Positions 51,957-61,820 are shown, numbered from the stretch's first letter. The stretch is DNA of 64,000 nucleotides from an uncultured delta proteobacterium (GCA_963782055.1 CAWAIF010000003.1:2336001-2400000); one strand, 5' to 3'. The notes: generated from the letters alone by a model not told the origin. Numbers and translations are program-made.

Positions 51957-52877
51957 CTAGCGCGGCAGGCAGGGGGCCGTCCTGCGCACGCTCTGCTTCG
52001 CGAGCTCGGCCACCAGGAAGTCGCGAAGGAGCCGTACGCGCGCGGGGAGGTACTTGGTCGCGGGCGTGACGACGTAGAGCGCCGCGTCGCGCACCTCGTA
52101 CTCCGGGAGCACGCGCACGAGCTCACGGCTCGCCCGCTCCGGGCCGATGCTGAAGGTCTGGAACACTCCGATGCCCGCGCCCTCGGCCACGGCCCGCCGG
52201 ACGAAGGTGAGGTCGTCGGCCGAGAGGGAGCCGGAGACGTGTACGCGCTCCTCGCCCTTCGGCCCGTGGAGCTTCCAGACCGCGTGCCCGCCCGACGCGC
52301 GGAAGAGCACGCACTCGTGGCGCGCCAGGTCGGCGAGCTTCTTCGGGCGCCCCGCCCGATCCAGGTACGCCTTCGACGCGAAGATGCCGAGGTCGCTGCT
52401 GGCGACCTTGCGCGCGACGAGCGTGGAGTCGGTGAGGCGTGCCCCCGCGCGCACCGCGATGTCCACGCCCTCCTGCACCAGGTCCACCCGGCGTGAGGTC
52501 AGCACGGTCTCCACCCTCAGGCCGGGGTGCGTGCGCACGAAGTGGGAGAGCAGCGGCGCCAGCACCACCACCCCGAGGTCCACCGGCGCGGTGACGCGGA
52601 CGTCGCCCTTCGGATCGCGCTCGGCGTGGCCGGCGAGCGCGGCCGCCTCGTCCAGCGCGGCGATGGCGCCCTTCACCCGCTCGTAGTAGGCGTGCCCGGC
52701 GTCGGTCAGCGTGACCGCGCGCGTCGTGCGGCGCAGCAGCGCGACGCCCACGTCGTCCTCCAGCCGGGCGACGCCGCGGCTGACGCTGGACTTGGGCATC
52801 CCGAGCGTGGCGGCGGCGGCGGTGAACGTCCCGGCCTCCACCACGCGGACGAAGAGGGCGATGTCGTTGCGATCCAT
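51957..52877 (-). CDS. LysR-family regulator (CrgA/DmlR-like)
   Basis: FVRVVEAGTFTAAA..LGMPKSSVSR...LLRRTTR; VDLVQEGVDIAVR. Confidence 0.95.
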   Translation of the reverse strand: MDRNDIALFVRVVEAGTFTAAAATLGMPKSSVSRGVARLEDDVGVALLRRTTRAVTLTDAGHAYYERVKGAIAALDEAAALAGHAERDPKGDVRVTAPVDLGVVVLAPLLSHFVRTHPGLRVETVLTSRRVDLVQEGVDIAVRAGARLTDSTLVARKVASSDLGIFASKAYLDRAGRPKKLADLARHECVLFRASGGHAVWKLHGPKGEERVHVSGSLSADDLTFVRRAVAEGAGIGVFQTFSIGPERASRELVRVLPEYEVRDAALYVVTPATKYLPARVRLLRDFLVAELAKQSVRRTAPCLPR

Positions 52878-52897
52878 TGTTGCGCGTTCTGCAACAA
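52877..52897. promoter_or_regulatory. LysR recognition box (T-N11-A dyad)
   Basis: TTGTTGC-GCGTTCT-GCAACAA between the divergent lysR and doxX genes. Confidence 0.8.
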
Positions 52898-52978
52898 AGA
52901 AGTGCAGATCGCAACACTACCGACTTCCACGGAACGACGCATTTTGGACCCCGAACCCCCTCCGAGGAGATCCCACCG

Positions 52979-53410
52979 ATGACACGCAAGCTCCCCATGG
53001 TCGCCCGCATCCTGCTGGGCCTCGCCTTCTTCGTGTTCGGCCTCAACGGCTTCCTGCACTTCCTGCCCAACCCGCCGCTGCCGGCGAAGGCGGGCGAGCT
53101 GCTGGGCGCCTTCGCCGCGTCGGGCTACCTGCTGACGCTGGTCAAGGCCACCGAGACGCTGTGCGGACTGCTCCTGCTGTCCAACCGCTTCGTGCCCCTG
53201 GCGCTCACGGTGCTCGCGCCCGTGCTCGTCAACATCATCGCCTTCCACGCGGCGCTCGCGCCGGCCGGCCTCGTGCTGCCGCTCGTCCTCGTCACGCTGG
53301 AGGTGTACCTGGCGTGGTCGTACCGTGACCTCTTCGCGCCGGTCCTCCGGCCGGTCGCGGCGCCGGTGCGCGGGCAGGACGCCCAGCCGGCGCGCCCCGC
53401 GACGGCGTGA
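52979..53410 (+). CDS. DoxX-family membrane protein
   Basis: ARILLGL.F.VFGLNGFLHF...GYL..LVK..E...PLAL.VLAPV.VNI..FH; AGGAG RBS. Confidence 0.85.
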   Translation: MTRKLPMVARILLGLAFFVFGLNGFLHFLPNPPLPAKAGELLGAFAASGYLLTLVKATETLCGLLLLSNRFVPLALTVLAPVLVNIIAFHAALAPAGLVLPLVLVTLEVYLAWSYRDLFAPVLRPVAAPVRGQDAQPARPATA

Positions 53411-53525
53411 GAGGGGCCCCCGCGTCCGAACCCCGGGCGCCGCGCGCTCCTCGTACGCGTGCCGCCCGGGCGCGCGTGCCATCTTTGGGGGGAGGCTCTC
53501 CCGTGCCATCACGTACTCTTGGCGC

Positions 53526-54593
53526 GTGGGCATCGACGACAATCCCTTCGACCGGGCACGCAAGGCCTCCCTGGTCCGCGCGGCCACCATCGCCGCCGGC
53601 ATCGTCCTCTTCGCCGGCGGCTCCTTCGCCGCGTATCGCTTGCTCCACAAGCCGGACTACTCGGAGCGGCTCGACGCGTACAAAGAGGAGTTCGGCGCCA
53701 TCGCCGACGCGGCGGAGGCCGTGCGCGGGCCCGTCGCCGGATCGACGAAGGACGTCGCGGGCAGGAAGTACCTGCTCGTCACGATGGGTGTCCCGTCGCA
53801 GGAGCTCGGCGACGAGAAGCTCGACGGGATGGCAGCGAAGGCCTCCGACGTCGGTCTGGTGATCAGCGGCGACACGACCCAGGACGCCTCCGACGCGGTC
53901 GTGTACACCGACGGCTCCCACGGGCACGGTGGCAAGACGACCTTCCGCGCCGTCGCGTGGCCGGAGAAGCGCCTCGTCGCCGAGCTGCACATGCGCTGTC
54001 TGGCGAGCCCCGTGAAGTACGCCTTCCGGGGCGACAAGAGCGAGCAGCCGTGTCTTTACGACGATGACGATCTGCGCGCCTTCATCGACGACGTGCGCGC
54101 GGGGAGGGTGCCCCGGCAGCACTCGAAGGATCCCGTCCTGGACGCCCAGTTCGCGCTGGACACGCGCTTCGCCGCGATGAGCGCGGACTTCGCGCACGTC
54201 GACGCGGCGAAGGCCCCGAAGGCGCCGCCGCCCGACGTGACGAAGGTGCTGGTGCTCGTGAAGGGCAAGCCGAGCCAGTCGCTCCTGCCGCCCCGCCTCG
54301 CGGCGCAGACGCCGGAGGAGGTCGACCTCGTCGTGCTCGTCACGACCCAGCCGGACGAGAAGCCGAGCACCCACTACGGGAATGGCGTGTACGGCTACGA
54401 CGGCGACGTGACCATGACCGCATTCACTCCGAAGAGGGAGCTCGTCGGGCAGTCGAAGACCCGGTGTCACGCGCCGGCGGATTCGTCCACGCTGCTCGGC
54501 ACCCGGCACTGCTCCGCGTCGCAGCAGGATCTCGAGGACTTCGTCGCCGCGCTGGGGACGCCGCCGGCGACCGACGCCGGCGCGGAACAGTGA
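53526..54593 (+). CDS. Membrane-anchored hypothetical protein with two tandem homologous domains
   Basis: One TM, then duplicated V.LV...Y..G..G..G...KR.LV.....C.A...C....DL..F motifs; TACTCT 6 nt before the GTG. Confidence 0.7.
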   Translation: MGIDDNPFDRARKASLVRAATIAAGIVLFAGGSFAAYRLLHKPDYSERLDAYKEEFGAIADAAEAVRGPVAGSTKDVAGRKYLLVTMGVPSQELGDEKLDGMAAKASDVGLVISGDTTQDASDAVVYTDGSHGHGGKTTFRAVAWPEKRLVAELHMRCLASPVKYAFRGDKSEQPCLYDDDDLRAFIDDVRAGRVPRQHSKDPVLDAQFALDTRFAAMSADFAHVDAAKAPKAPPPDVTKVLVLVKGKPSQSLLPPRLAAQTPEEVDLVVLVTTQPDEKPSTHYGNGVYGYDGDVTMTAFTPKRELVGQSKTRCHAPADSSTLLGTRHCSASQQDLEDFVAALGTPPATDAGAEQ

Positions 54594-54606
54594 CGGGGCT
54601 CCCTCG

Positions 54607-55458
54607 TCAGAAGCGGCCGGCCCAGGTCAGCATGCCGCCGCCGGGCAGGGGGCTCACGTCGAGCGCGGCTGCGGGCACCTTCTCCTGGTGCTTGCCGGTG
54701 AGCAGGAGCCAGACCACGCCCGCCCCCACGCTCACCACGCCGACGCCCAGCATCGCCAGGCCCACGCCGAACGCCGCGCGAAGGGTGGCGACGTTGCCCT
54801 CGTCACAGGTGTGCGTCTTGCCGCATGTGTCCTGGTAGTCCTGGTAGCGCACCTGCGCGACCGTCTCCACGATGGCGAATCCCACGAGGCTCGCGGCGCC
54901 GACGCCGATCAGGATCCACGGCGCCGGTCCCGAACCTCCCGATGCGGTGCCCACGCCGGCAGGCGGAGGGGGCGCCGCCGGGCCGGCCTTCGACTGCACG
55001 ACCAGCACGCGATCCTTCTCCCCTTCGGCCACCAGCACGCTCTCCTCGATCACCTCCCCCGAGGGAAGCTCGTACTTGAATGCGTGCGGACCGGGATCGA
55101 TGGGGACGCTCGCGCCGTCGAGCTTGGTGAGGAAGGGATGACCGTCGACCGACACCTTCACGTTCACGATGTCGTGGCCCTCGGCATCGCGCGCGCGGAT
55201 GACCACCGTGGGCATCCCCCGCTCGACCTCGCCCAGCCACTTCGCGCAGTCCGAGCGAACGAAGGAGGGGCACGCGTCACGCACGCAGACGAGCAGCTGC
55301 TGGTGGGCCGCCTCCAGCTTCTTGTTGCGGCGGAGCTCCTGCGCCTGCTCGGCGGCGTTGATGCACTCGTCCTTGGTGTCGGCGATGGCGAGGGAAGGCA
55401 CCAGGACCGCCGCGCCGAGGGCGGAGACGAGGGCGACCCGGACGGGGAAGGTGATCAC
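54607..55458 (-). CDS. Secreted TPR-like + PEGA-like protein
   Basis: ECINAAEQAQELRR...C....CP..VR.DC..WL.E; VSVDG...IDPGPH; ends WAGRF. GTGA overlap with the kinase stop. Confidence 0.85.
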   Translation of the reverse strand: MITFPVRVALVSALGAAVLVPSLAIADTKDECINAAEQAQELRRNKKLEAAHQQLLVCVRDACPSFVRSDCAKWLGEVERGMPTVVIRARDAEGHDIVNVKVSVDGHPFLTKLDGASVPIDPGPHAFKYELPSGEVIEESVLVAEGEKDRVLVVQSKAGPAAPPPPAGVGTASGGSGPAPWILIGVGAASLVGFAIVETVAQVRYQDYQDTCGKTHTCDEGNVATLRAAFGVGLAMLGVGVVSVGAGVVWLLLTGKHQEKVPAAALDVSPLPGGGMLTWAGRF

Positions 55459-56972
55459 ATGCACTCGCGCTTGTAGAGCTTGTCGCCGTTCGGGCCGATG
55501 CGGAAGGGCGGGTTGCAGTTGGGGGCGGGCGGCTTCGCCGTCCTGGTGGTCGTGAGCACCCTGGTCCTTTTCCTGGGGGCGGCGGTGGTCCGGGGAGGCG
55601 GTGTGGTGGCCGCCGAAGGCGCCACGCTCGCCGACGCGGTGGCGGTCGATGGCGTGGCCGCAGTCCCGGTCGCCACCACGGTCGAAGGCGCGGTCGCGGT
55701 CGAGCTCGATCCCGAGGCGCCTGCCGCGACGGGGGTCGACGATGGTCCTCCGCCCAGCGCCACCCCGAGCATGACCGCGCCCAGCAGCGCCGCGGCCCCG
55801 AGGCTCGCGAAGAGCACCACGCGCGTCCTGGACGTCCGGGACGGGTCCGGGCTCAGCGACTTGCTCGCCGCGACCGAGATGCTGGAGACCTGCGACGAGA
55901 CCCCGTCGGGGTTCGGCGGTGGCGCGGGGGCGAGGGGCGCGTCCGTCCCGGACGCCTCGAGGCCGGACATGATCTGGTTGAGGGCGGGCTGCTCCCCGGT
56001 GACGCTCTCCACCTCGGCCACGCGCTCCGCGCGCTGCGTGAGCGCCTCGCCGGCGATGCGCTGGACCCAGTCCCCGACATCGGACGCGAGCGCCGGGTGC
56101 AGCGTGCGCTCGAGCGCGATCGCCATCTCCCTGGCCGTCGCGAAGCGCTTCGCCTTGTCTCGCTGGAGGCCGCGCAGGACGAGGGCATCGAGCTCGGGCG
56201 AGATCCCCTGGCCGTGGACGCTGGGTGGGGGTACGGCGCCGGCGAGGATCTGCGAGAGCAACCCGCCCTCGTTGTCGGCCTTGAAGAGCTTGCGCCCCGC
56301 GAGCGCCTCCCACAGGCACACCGCGGCGGCGTAGATGTCGGTCTGTCGGTCGACGTGCTCGTTGCGAAGCTGCTCCGGCGACATGTACGGCAGCTTGCCC
56401 TTGATGCTGCCTTCTCGCGTGGTGTGGAAGCGCCCTGCGGCCTTGGCGACACCGAAGTCGAGCAGCTTGGTGACGCCGTCGCCGTTGACCAGGATGTTCT
56501 GGGGGGAGATGTCGCGGTGCACGATGCCGAGCGGCTCGCCCCGCTCCGTCTTGGCCTCGTGGGCGGCGTGCAGCCCGTGGAGGGCCCCGGCGATGATCGA
56601 CACGACGATGCTGGGCGGGATGCGCTCGTGGCTGCGCGTCGTCGCGCGGATGAGTCGGGCGAGCGTCTCGCCCTGCAGGAGCTCCATCACGAGGAACAGC
56701 TCGCCGTGAGTGGCGACGACGTCGAGTGTCTGGCACACGTTGGGGTGCTGGATGCGCGCCGCGAGCCGCGCCTCGTCCAGGAACATGGAGACGAACTCCG
56801 GGTCCTTGGCGAACTGCGGGTGGAGGCGCTTGATGGCGACGGTGCGGGCGAACCCGACGGGCCCCAGGAGCCTGCCGAGGTGCACCGTAGCCATGCCCCC
56901 CGAGGCAAGCTCTCCGTACAGTGCATACCGCCCGATGACGCGGACGGGGCTTCCGGCGGCTGGCGTCGTCAA
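55455..56972 (-). CDS. Membrane Hanks-type Ser/Thr protein kinase
   Basis: LASGGMATV, VAIK, HRDISPQN, DFG, GKLPYMSPEQ, TM, C-terminal C.PPF...G.K.YK.EC. Confidence 0.95.
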   Translation of the reverse strand: MTTPAAGSPVRVIGRYALYGELASGGMATVHLGRLLGPVGFARTVAIKRLHPQFAKDPEFVSMFLDEARLAARIQHPNVCQTLDVVATHGELFLVMELLQGETLARLIRATTRSHERIPPSIVVSIIAGALHGLHAAHEAKTERGEPLGIVHRDISPQNILVNGDGVTKLLDFGVAKAAGRFHTTREGSIKGKLPYMSPEQLRNEHVDRQTDIYAAAVCLWEALAGRKLFKADNEGGLLSQILAGAVPPPSVHGQGISPELDALVLRGLQRDKAKRFATAREMAIALERTLHPALASDVGDWVQRIAGEALTQRAERVAEVESVTGEQPALNQIMSGLEASGTDAPLAPAPPPNPDGVSSQVSSISVAASKSLSPDPSRTSRTRVVLFASLGAAALLGAVMLGVALGGGPSSTPVAAGASGSSSTATAPSTVVATGTAATPSTATASASVAPSAATTPPPRTTAAPRKRTRVLTTTRTAKPPAPNCNPPFRIGPNGDKLYKRECM

Positions 56973-57090
56973 ATCCTCTCCAGGCTACCAGACGAATCGC
57001 TCCCGGTCCCGCAAGCCGTCGGGGCCTCGTGACCACATCATCCGACGTTTCGGGCACTGTCGTCCTCCCGGTCGCGGATCGACGGATGCC

Positions 57091-57260
57091 AAATCGGCGT
57101 TCGTGATCCTCGAACGCCGATCCTCGCGAGCAGAGCGAGCGCCGCGCGGGCTGGGGCCCCCGAAAAACCGCGCTCTTTGGGGCGGGGCGGCGCGAGCCGC
57201 CCCGTGAGACAAGACCTAAATCGGACGAGCGCGACTCCGAATCGCGCTCGTTCATTTAGA
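57091..57260 (-). repeat. Structured intergenic repeat, copy B (longer, several hairpins)
   Basis: Hairpins ATCGGCGTTCG..CGAACGCCGAT, GGGGCGGC..GCCGCCCC and CTAAAT..ACGAGCGCGA..TCGCGCTCGT..ATTTAG; homologous to 51841-51956. Confidence 0.8.
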
Positions 57261-57269
57261 GTGGGTCCG

Positions 57270-58106
57270 ATGACCTCGGCGCGCACGGTGGCCGTCGCCT
57301 CGACGACGGTGATGCTCGGCACCCTGGTCTTGCGGTGCGCGCTCTTCCCTTCCACCGACGACCTCACCGGCGGCGGGCTGCCCGCCGGCGATGCGGGGGC
57401 GGGCGACGTACTCGACTCCGCCCTGCCCGACACCGGGGCACGCGACGCAGGCGACGCGGAGGCGGGCCGGTTCTGCGAAGGGCTCTCGCCACAGCCCCAG
57501 TTCTGCGACGACTTCGACGGCGCCCAGCTCGGCCTCTGGACGAGCACCGACTTCACCAACGGCTCGAGCGTCACGCGCGACGGCACCGACGTACGCTCGG
57601 CGCCGAACGCGCTCCTCACCGTGACCCCCGGTGGCGCCATCCAGCAGGCGCGCGTCGTCCTGAACGTCCCCGCCTTCAAGAAGCTGCACGTGGCGTACGA
57701 CGTCCGCATCGACGAGCGCGGGACCTACGCCGAGATCGGCTACGTGCGGGTGCAGGGCCCCGGCATCCAGAACCTCTACTACTTCCGCGCGGAGGCCCTC
57801 CCCACGGCGGTGGCCTTCGCGGCCGAGGCCTATCCCCCCGACGCCGGACTTCAGGTCCACGACGTGAGCCTCACCGGCGCCCCGACCTTCGAGAGCTGGA
57901 CGCACGTCGACCTCGACCTCGACCTCGCTCCGTCCCCGGGCCTCGTGACGATCCGCCTCGACGGGAACGTCGCGGCGACGCAGTCGCTCGAGTCCGGCCT
58001 GTACGTCCAGGGCGCGGGGCAGGTGGAGGTCGGCACCGGTTACACCGACTCGACCTCGACCGAGTTTCGCATCCGCTACGACAACGCGACGATCGACTGG
58101 AACTGA
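57270..58106 (+). CDS. Putative lipoprotein with FCDDFD motif and jelly-roll-like domain
   Basis: Hydrophobic leader + C, DAG linker, FC......FCDDFD, W.HV.L, ends RYDNATIDWN. Confidence 0.7.
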   Translation: MTSARTVAVASTTVMLGTLVLRCALFPSTDDLTGGGLPAGDAGAGDVLDSALPDTGARDAGDAEAGRFCEGLSPQPQFCDDFDGAQLGLWTSTDFTNGSSVTRDGTDVRSAPNALLTVTPGGAIQQARVVLNVPAFKKLHVAYDVRIDERGTYAEIGYVRVQGPGIQNLYYFRAEALPTAVAFAAEAYPPDAGLQVHDVSLTGAPTFESWTHVDLDLDLAPSPGLVTIRLDGNVAATQSLESGLYVQGAGQVEVGTGYTDSTSTEFRIRYDNATIDWN

Positions 58107-58142
58107 GCGGCGTCGCCGGAGTCTGCGGCGCCAGCCACGGCA

Positions 58143-58997
58143 TCAGCGCGAGCGCGCGGGCTTCCGGCTCGGAGACATGGGGTGGTCGGACGCCGCGGCG
58201 GAAGCTGACGTAGCCGTCGCGGCGGAGGCCGACGGCGAGGTCGAGCCCGCTTGCGAGGCGGAGGCCGCGGCGGCGGAGGAGTCACACCCCGACGGCGCGA
58301 GCTTGTCGACGTACCACCTGGCGCCTCGCTTGAAGCAGACGGATGTCTTCTTCTCGTCGTCGTTGTAGTGAAACTTGAAGTCCTCGAGCTCGGCGGCGTC
58401 GACAGACTGCGTGACCTTCCCCGGGCACTCGAACTTGTCGTAGGTGAAGCCGGAGGTTCCCTCGAAGCCGTTCTTCAGCGTGAACTGCTCCGCGAGCGCG
58501 CACGCGACACCGTGGTCGAGCGTCGCGTCCTCCGCCCTGGTTCCGATCTGCTTGTCCAGCGCCGCGATGCGCGCGTTCGCCTGGTCCTGCGACTGGCTCG
58601 CGTCGACGAAGGCGTACGTCACCGCGCCGATGGAGAGAATGCACGTGATGCTGCCGAGGACGAGCCCGGCGATCGCGGTCCCCGGCACGGCCATGCGGAG
58701 CGCCGCGGCGCGGGCGCGGGAGCGGAGCCCCTGCACGATGCTGACGACGCCGAGCGGGAGACAGCACAGGACCATGCCCGCGAGCGACCACCAGAGCGCC
58801 TGCCTGCCGAGGCTCGTCACCTGCATCTGCGCGACGCGCTGCTGCTGGTACGCCCAGACCTCCGCCACCCCCGCGCGCGCGCGCGCGGCCTGCTCCTGCT
58901 GCGCGAGCGTCTGCGCGCCGAGCGGCGTGGTGAATTGACAGTAGGGACACTCGAGCGCCGTGGGGTCGACGAGCGCGCCGCAGCGTTGACAGTTCAT
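58143..58997 (-). CDS. Zinc-ribbon + DUF4190/CD225-like membrane protein
   Basis: CQRCG...CPYC; LCCLPLGVVSIV.G....AIAGLVLG; Cys-containing extracytoplasmic domain. Confidence 0.7.
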   Translation of the reverse strand: MNCQRCGALVDPTALECPYCQFTTPLGAQTLAQQEQAARARAGVAEVWAYQQQRVAQMQVTSLGRQALWWSLAGMVLCCLPLGVVSIVQGLRSRARAAALRMAVPGTAIAGLVLGSITCILSIGAVTYAFVDASQSQDQANARIAALDKQIGTRAEDATLDHGVACALAEQFTLKNGFEGTSGFTYDKFECPGKVTQSVDAAELEDFKFHYNDDEKKTSVCFKRGARWYVDKLAPSGCDSSAAAASASQAGSTSPSASAATATSASAAASDHPMSPSRKPARSR

Positions 58998-59102
58998 CGC
59001 GAGACCATCCTACGAGCATCTTGTCTTGGATGGACCCCCGGCAGCTCCCCGCCGGGACTCATTCTCGTCACGCCATGCTTCAGGTGCTCCGCGAGCCCGC
59101 GG

Positions 59103-60218
59103 TCAGCGGAGGATCTGCGAGTTGACGACGTTGGCGGGGCCCTTGGCGATGACGTAGAAGCCCGGAAGCCCTGGGGTCTCGAAGGTGCCCTTCGGGTTGT
59201 TCCGGGTGATCGAGTCGGTGATGGTGATCGAGCCTGTCTTGTTGTTGCTGACGAAGAAGACCGCGCTGCCGCCCTCGTTCGCCTTGTTGTCCTCGAGCAG
59301 GCTGCTGGTGATGTCGAGGACAATCTCGTTGCCGTCGTTGTAGATCGCGCCGCCGTTGCCGCCCTGCCCGGAGTTGGCGCCATGGCCCACGGCGGAGTTG
59401 TAGGAGAACACCGAGTTGATGATGTTCCACGAGACGCCGATGCTGCTCAGCGCTCCGCCGTTCGCGCACGAGTTGCCGAAGCCCTCCTTGCCGCCGAAGG
59501 TGCTACCCACGATCCACACCGGGCGGGCGGGGCCGGCGCCCGGAGCGACGAGGTAGTCCAGCTTGCGGATCGCGCCGCCGCCGAGGTCGGAGCCGAGGTC
59601 GTCGCACACGTTGTTGAAGAAGCGGCAGTGGACGACCTTGAGGCTCCCGCCCTGCGCGTAGATCGCGCCGCCGCCCGCGCCGTTGTTGTTCCCCTCCGGG
59701 ATGCCCTTCGCGCTGCCGTCGATGAAGGTGAGGTTCTGCACGACGAGCTGCACACCGGGGTTGGTGTTGCAGTCGCCCGGGCCCGGCGGATAGACCTGCG
59801 CCTTGTCGCACGTGGCCATGTACAGGATGCGGCTCGTCCCGCCGCCGCTCAGCGTGACCTTGTTGCCGCCGTCGATGACGAGCTTGGTGCCCTTGTCGTT
59901 GAAGACCTTGGCGGGGGAGGTCAGGACGATCGTCGCCGGGTCCGGCCCGCAGTCGAAGGTGATGACGCCGCCCTTGGCGACCGCCGCGACGAACGCGTCG
60001 GCGGTGCAGCTCTCCGGTGTGCCCGTCCCGACCACCGTCGTGGGCGAGGAGACGTCCTCGGCCTGACCCTCGGTGGGGACGGTCGCGTGGCCGTCGGACC
60101 ACCCGGCGGGCGGTCCGTCCTGCGGGTTGGTGGCCGGCCCGGGCGTGTCGCTCGAGTTGCTGCAGGCCGTGACGGCGGCGAGCGCGACCAACGCGAAGGA
60201 GAAGGATCGCAGTGCCAT
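59103..60218 (-). CDS. Lipoprotein with beta-helix (GGAI-repeat, Pmp-like) domain
   Basis: Lipobox VTAC; VVGTGTPESCT, ITFDCG, GGGAIY, GGGAIR, NGGAL, GGAIYNDG. Confidence 0.8.
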   Translation of the reverse strand: MALRSFSFALVALAAVTACSNSSDTPGPATNPQDGPPAGWSDGHATVPTEGQAEDVSSPTTVVGTGTPESCTADAFVAAVAKGGVITFDCGPDPATIVLTSPAKVFNDKGTKLVIDGGNKVTLSGGGTSRILYMATCDKAQVYPPGPGDCNTNPGVQLVVQNLTFIDGSAKGIPEGNNNGAGGGAIYAQGGSLKVVHCRFFNNVCDDLGSDLGGGAIRKLDYLVAPGAGPARPVWIVGSTFGGKEGFGNSCANGGALSSIGVSWNIINSVFSYNSAVGHGANSGQGGNGGAIYNDGNEIVLDITSSLLEDNKANEGGSAVFFVSNNKTGSITITDSITRNNPKGTFETPGLPGFYVIAKGPANVVNSQILR

Positions 60219-60325
60219 CGTCTCAGCGTATCGCGCGGCGAGCGCGCGCCGCAACGGTCGGCGGTCCACCCACGCCCCCCCGAGCCAGCGTGCCAACCTT
60301 CTCGCCTTCGCCTAGGCTCCTGCCC

Positions 60326-60832
60326 ATGCCCGCCGAGACCGTCGAGAACGCGTGGTTCAAGGCGACCTTCCCCTCCGAGGTGGAGGTCCGCGAGAGCGAG
60401 CTCCCCTCGGTGCGGGGGACCGCCGTGGCCTACGAGGCGCAGGTGGAGCCCTTCGGCATCTTCGCGGTCGAGGTCACCAACATGCCGCTCGACGCCTTCA
60501 TCGCCGTCGGCGCGGGCAAGTGGCTGGCGATGGAGGGCGACCGCCTGGTGGAGGAGTTCAAGGACCGCTCGCCGCAGGTGACGCACGACGAGTCGCGCCA
60601 TCCCGTGCCCGGCCTCGAGGTGCGCGATCTGGTGTTCCGGTTCGAGTACCACGGGCCGTGCATGCGCTTCTGTCGCGTCGTCACGGTGCTCGCCGGCGAC
60701 GAGGGGCGGATCCTGCACGCGTCCGCCGTCGTCGACGCCTCGGAGGCCTCGAAGGACGCGGCGCGCGAGTTCCTCGCGGGGCTGGAGGTGGAGCCTCCCG
60801 AGCTCCCCACCAAGCTGCCGGAGCCGCCCTGA
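60326..60832 (+). CDS. Hypothetical protein
   Basis: GC3-biased ORF filling the gap between genes; TAGGCT 7 nt before the ATG. Confidence 0.6.
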   Translation: MPAETVENAWFKATFPSEVEVRESELPSVRGTAVAYEAQVEPFGIFAVEVTNMPLDAFIAVGAGKWLAMEGDRLVEEFKDRSPQVTHDESRHPVPGLEVRDLVFRFEYHGPCMRFCRVVTVLAGDEGRILHASAVVDASEASKDAAREFLAGLEVEPPELPTKLPEPP

Positions 60833-60878
60833 AAGCCCGGCGTGGAATCCTCCGGCGCATCGCCGTAGCATCGGCCGC

Positions 60879-61820
60879 GTGGAAGGACCCGCCGTCGTGA
60901 CTCGCGAAGCGATCGCCGCGGCCGCCGCGGCCACCGGCCCGTACGTCCGCCGCACGCCGGTGATCGAGGTGCGCGGCGAGGACCTCGGCCTGCCCGGCGT
61001 GACGCTTCTCCTCAAGCTGGAGCTGCTGCAGCAGTCCGGCTCCTTCAAGGCGCGCGGCGCCTTCGCCAACCTCCTGCTGCGGCAGGTGCCGCCTGCGGGC
61101 GTCGTCGCGGCGTCGGGCGGCAACCACGGCGCGGCGGTGGCGTACGCGGCCCGCCGGCTGGGCATCCGCGCGCGGATCTACGTCCCGAACATCTCCACGC
61201 AGGCGAAGGTGGATCGCATCCGCGCGAGCGGTGCGGAGCTGGTGCTCGTCGGCGAGCGCTACGACGATGCGCTCGCGGCGAGCGAGGCGTGGGCGGCCGA
61301 GTCCGGCGCGATGCGCGTGCACGCCTTCGACCAGGACCAGACCATCGCCGGGGCGGGCACCCTCGCGATGGAGCTGGAGGATCAGGTCGGCGTGCCCGAC
61401 GCGGTGCTCGCGGCGGTGGGCGGCGGTGGCCTGATCGCCGGCATCGCCGCGTGGTTCGAGGATCGGACGCGCGTCGTCGGCGTGGAGCCGGAGCTCGCCC
61501 CCACGCTCGCTCGCGCCCTGGCGGCCGGCGAGCCGGTCGACGCGCCGGCTGGCGGCATCGCGGCCGACTCCCTCGCGCCGCGCCGCATCGGCGAACGCGT
61601 CTTCCCCATCGCCAGGCGTCACGTGCAGCCAGTGGTGGTGACCGACGAGGCGATCGCCGGCGCTCAGCGTCTGCTGTGGCAGACGCTGCGGATCGCGGCC
61701 GAGCCGGGTGGCGCGACGGCCCTGGCCGCCCTGCTCTCCGGGCGGTTCGCGCCGCCGCCGCGATCGCGCGTCGCCGTCGTGATCAGCGGCGGCAACACCT
61801 CCGCGGTGAGCTTGCCCTGA
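60879..61820 (+). CDS. PLP-dependent threonine/serine dehydratase family protein
   Basis: KLELLQQSGSFKARG, ASGGNHG, VGGGGL, SGGN. Confidence 0.92.
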   Translation: MEGPAVVTREAIAAAAAATGPYVRRTPVIEVRGEDLGLPGVTLLLKLELLQQSGSFKARGAFANLLLRQVPPAGVVAASGGNHGAAVAYAARRLGIRARIYVPNISTQAKVDRIRASGAELVLVGERYDDALAASEAWAAESGAMRVHAFDQDQTIAGAGTLAMELEDQVGVPDAVLAAVGGGGLIAGIAAWFEDRTRVVGVEPELAPTLARALAAGEPVDAPAGGIAADSLAPRRIGERVFPIARRHVQPVVVTDEAIAGAQRLLWQTLRIAAEPGGATALAALLSGRFAPPPRSRVAVVISGGNTSAVSLP

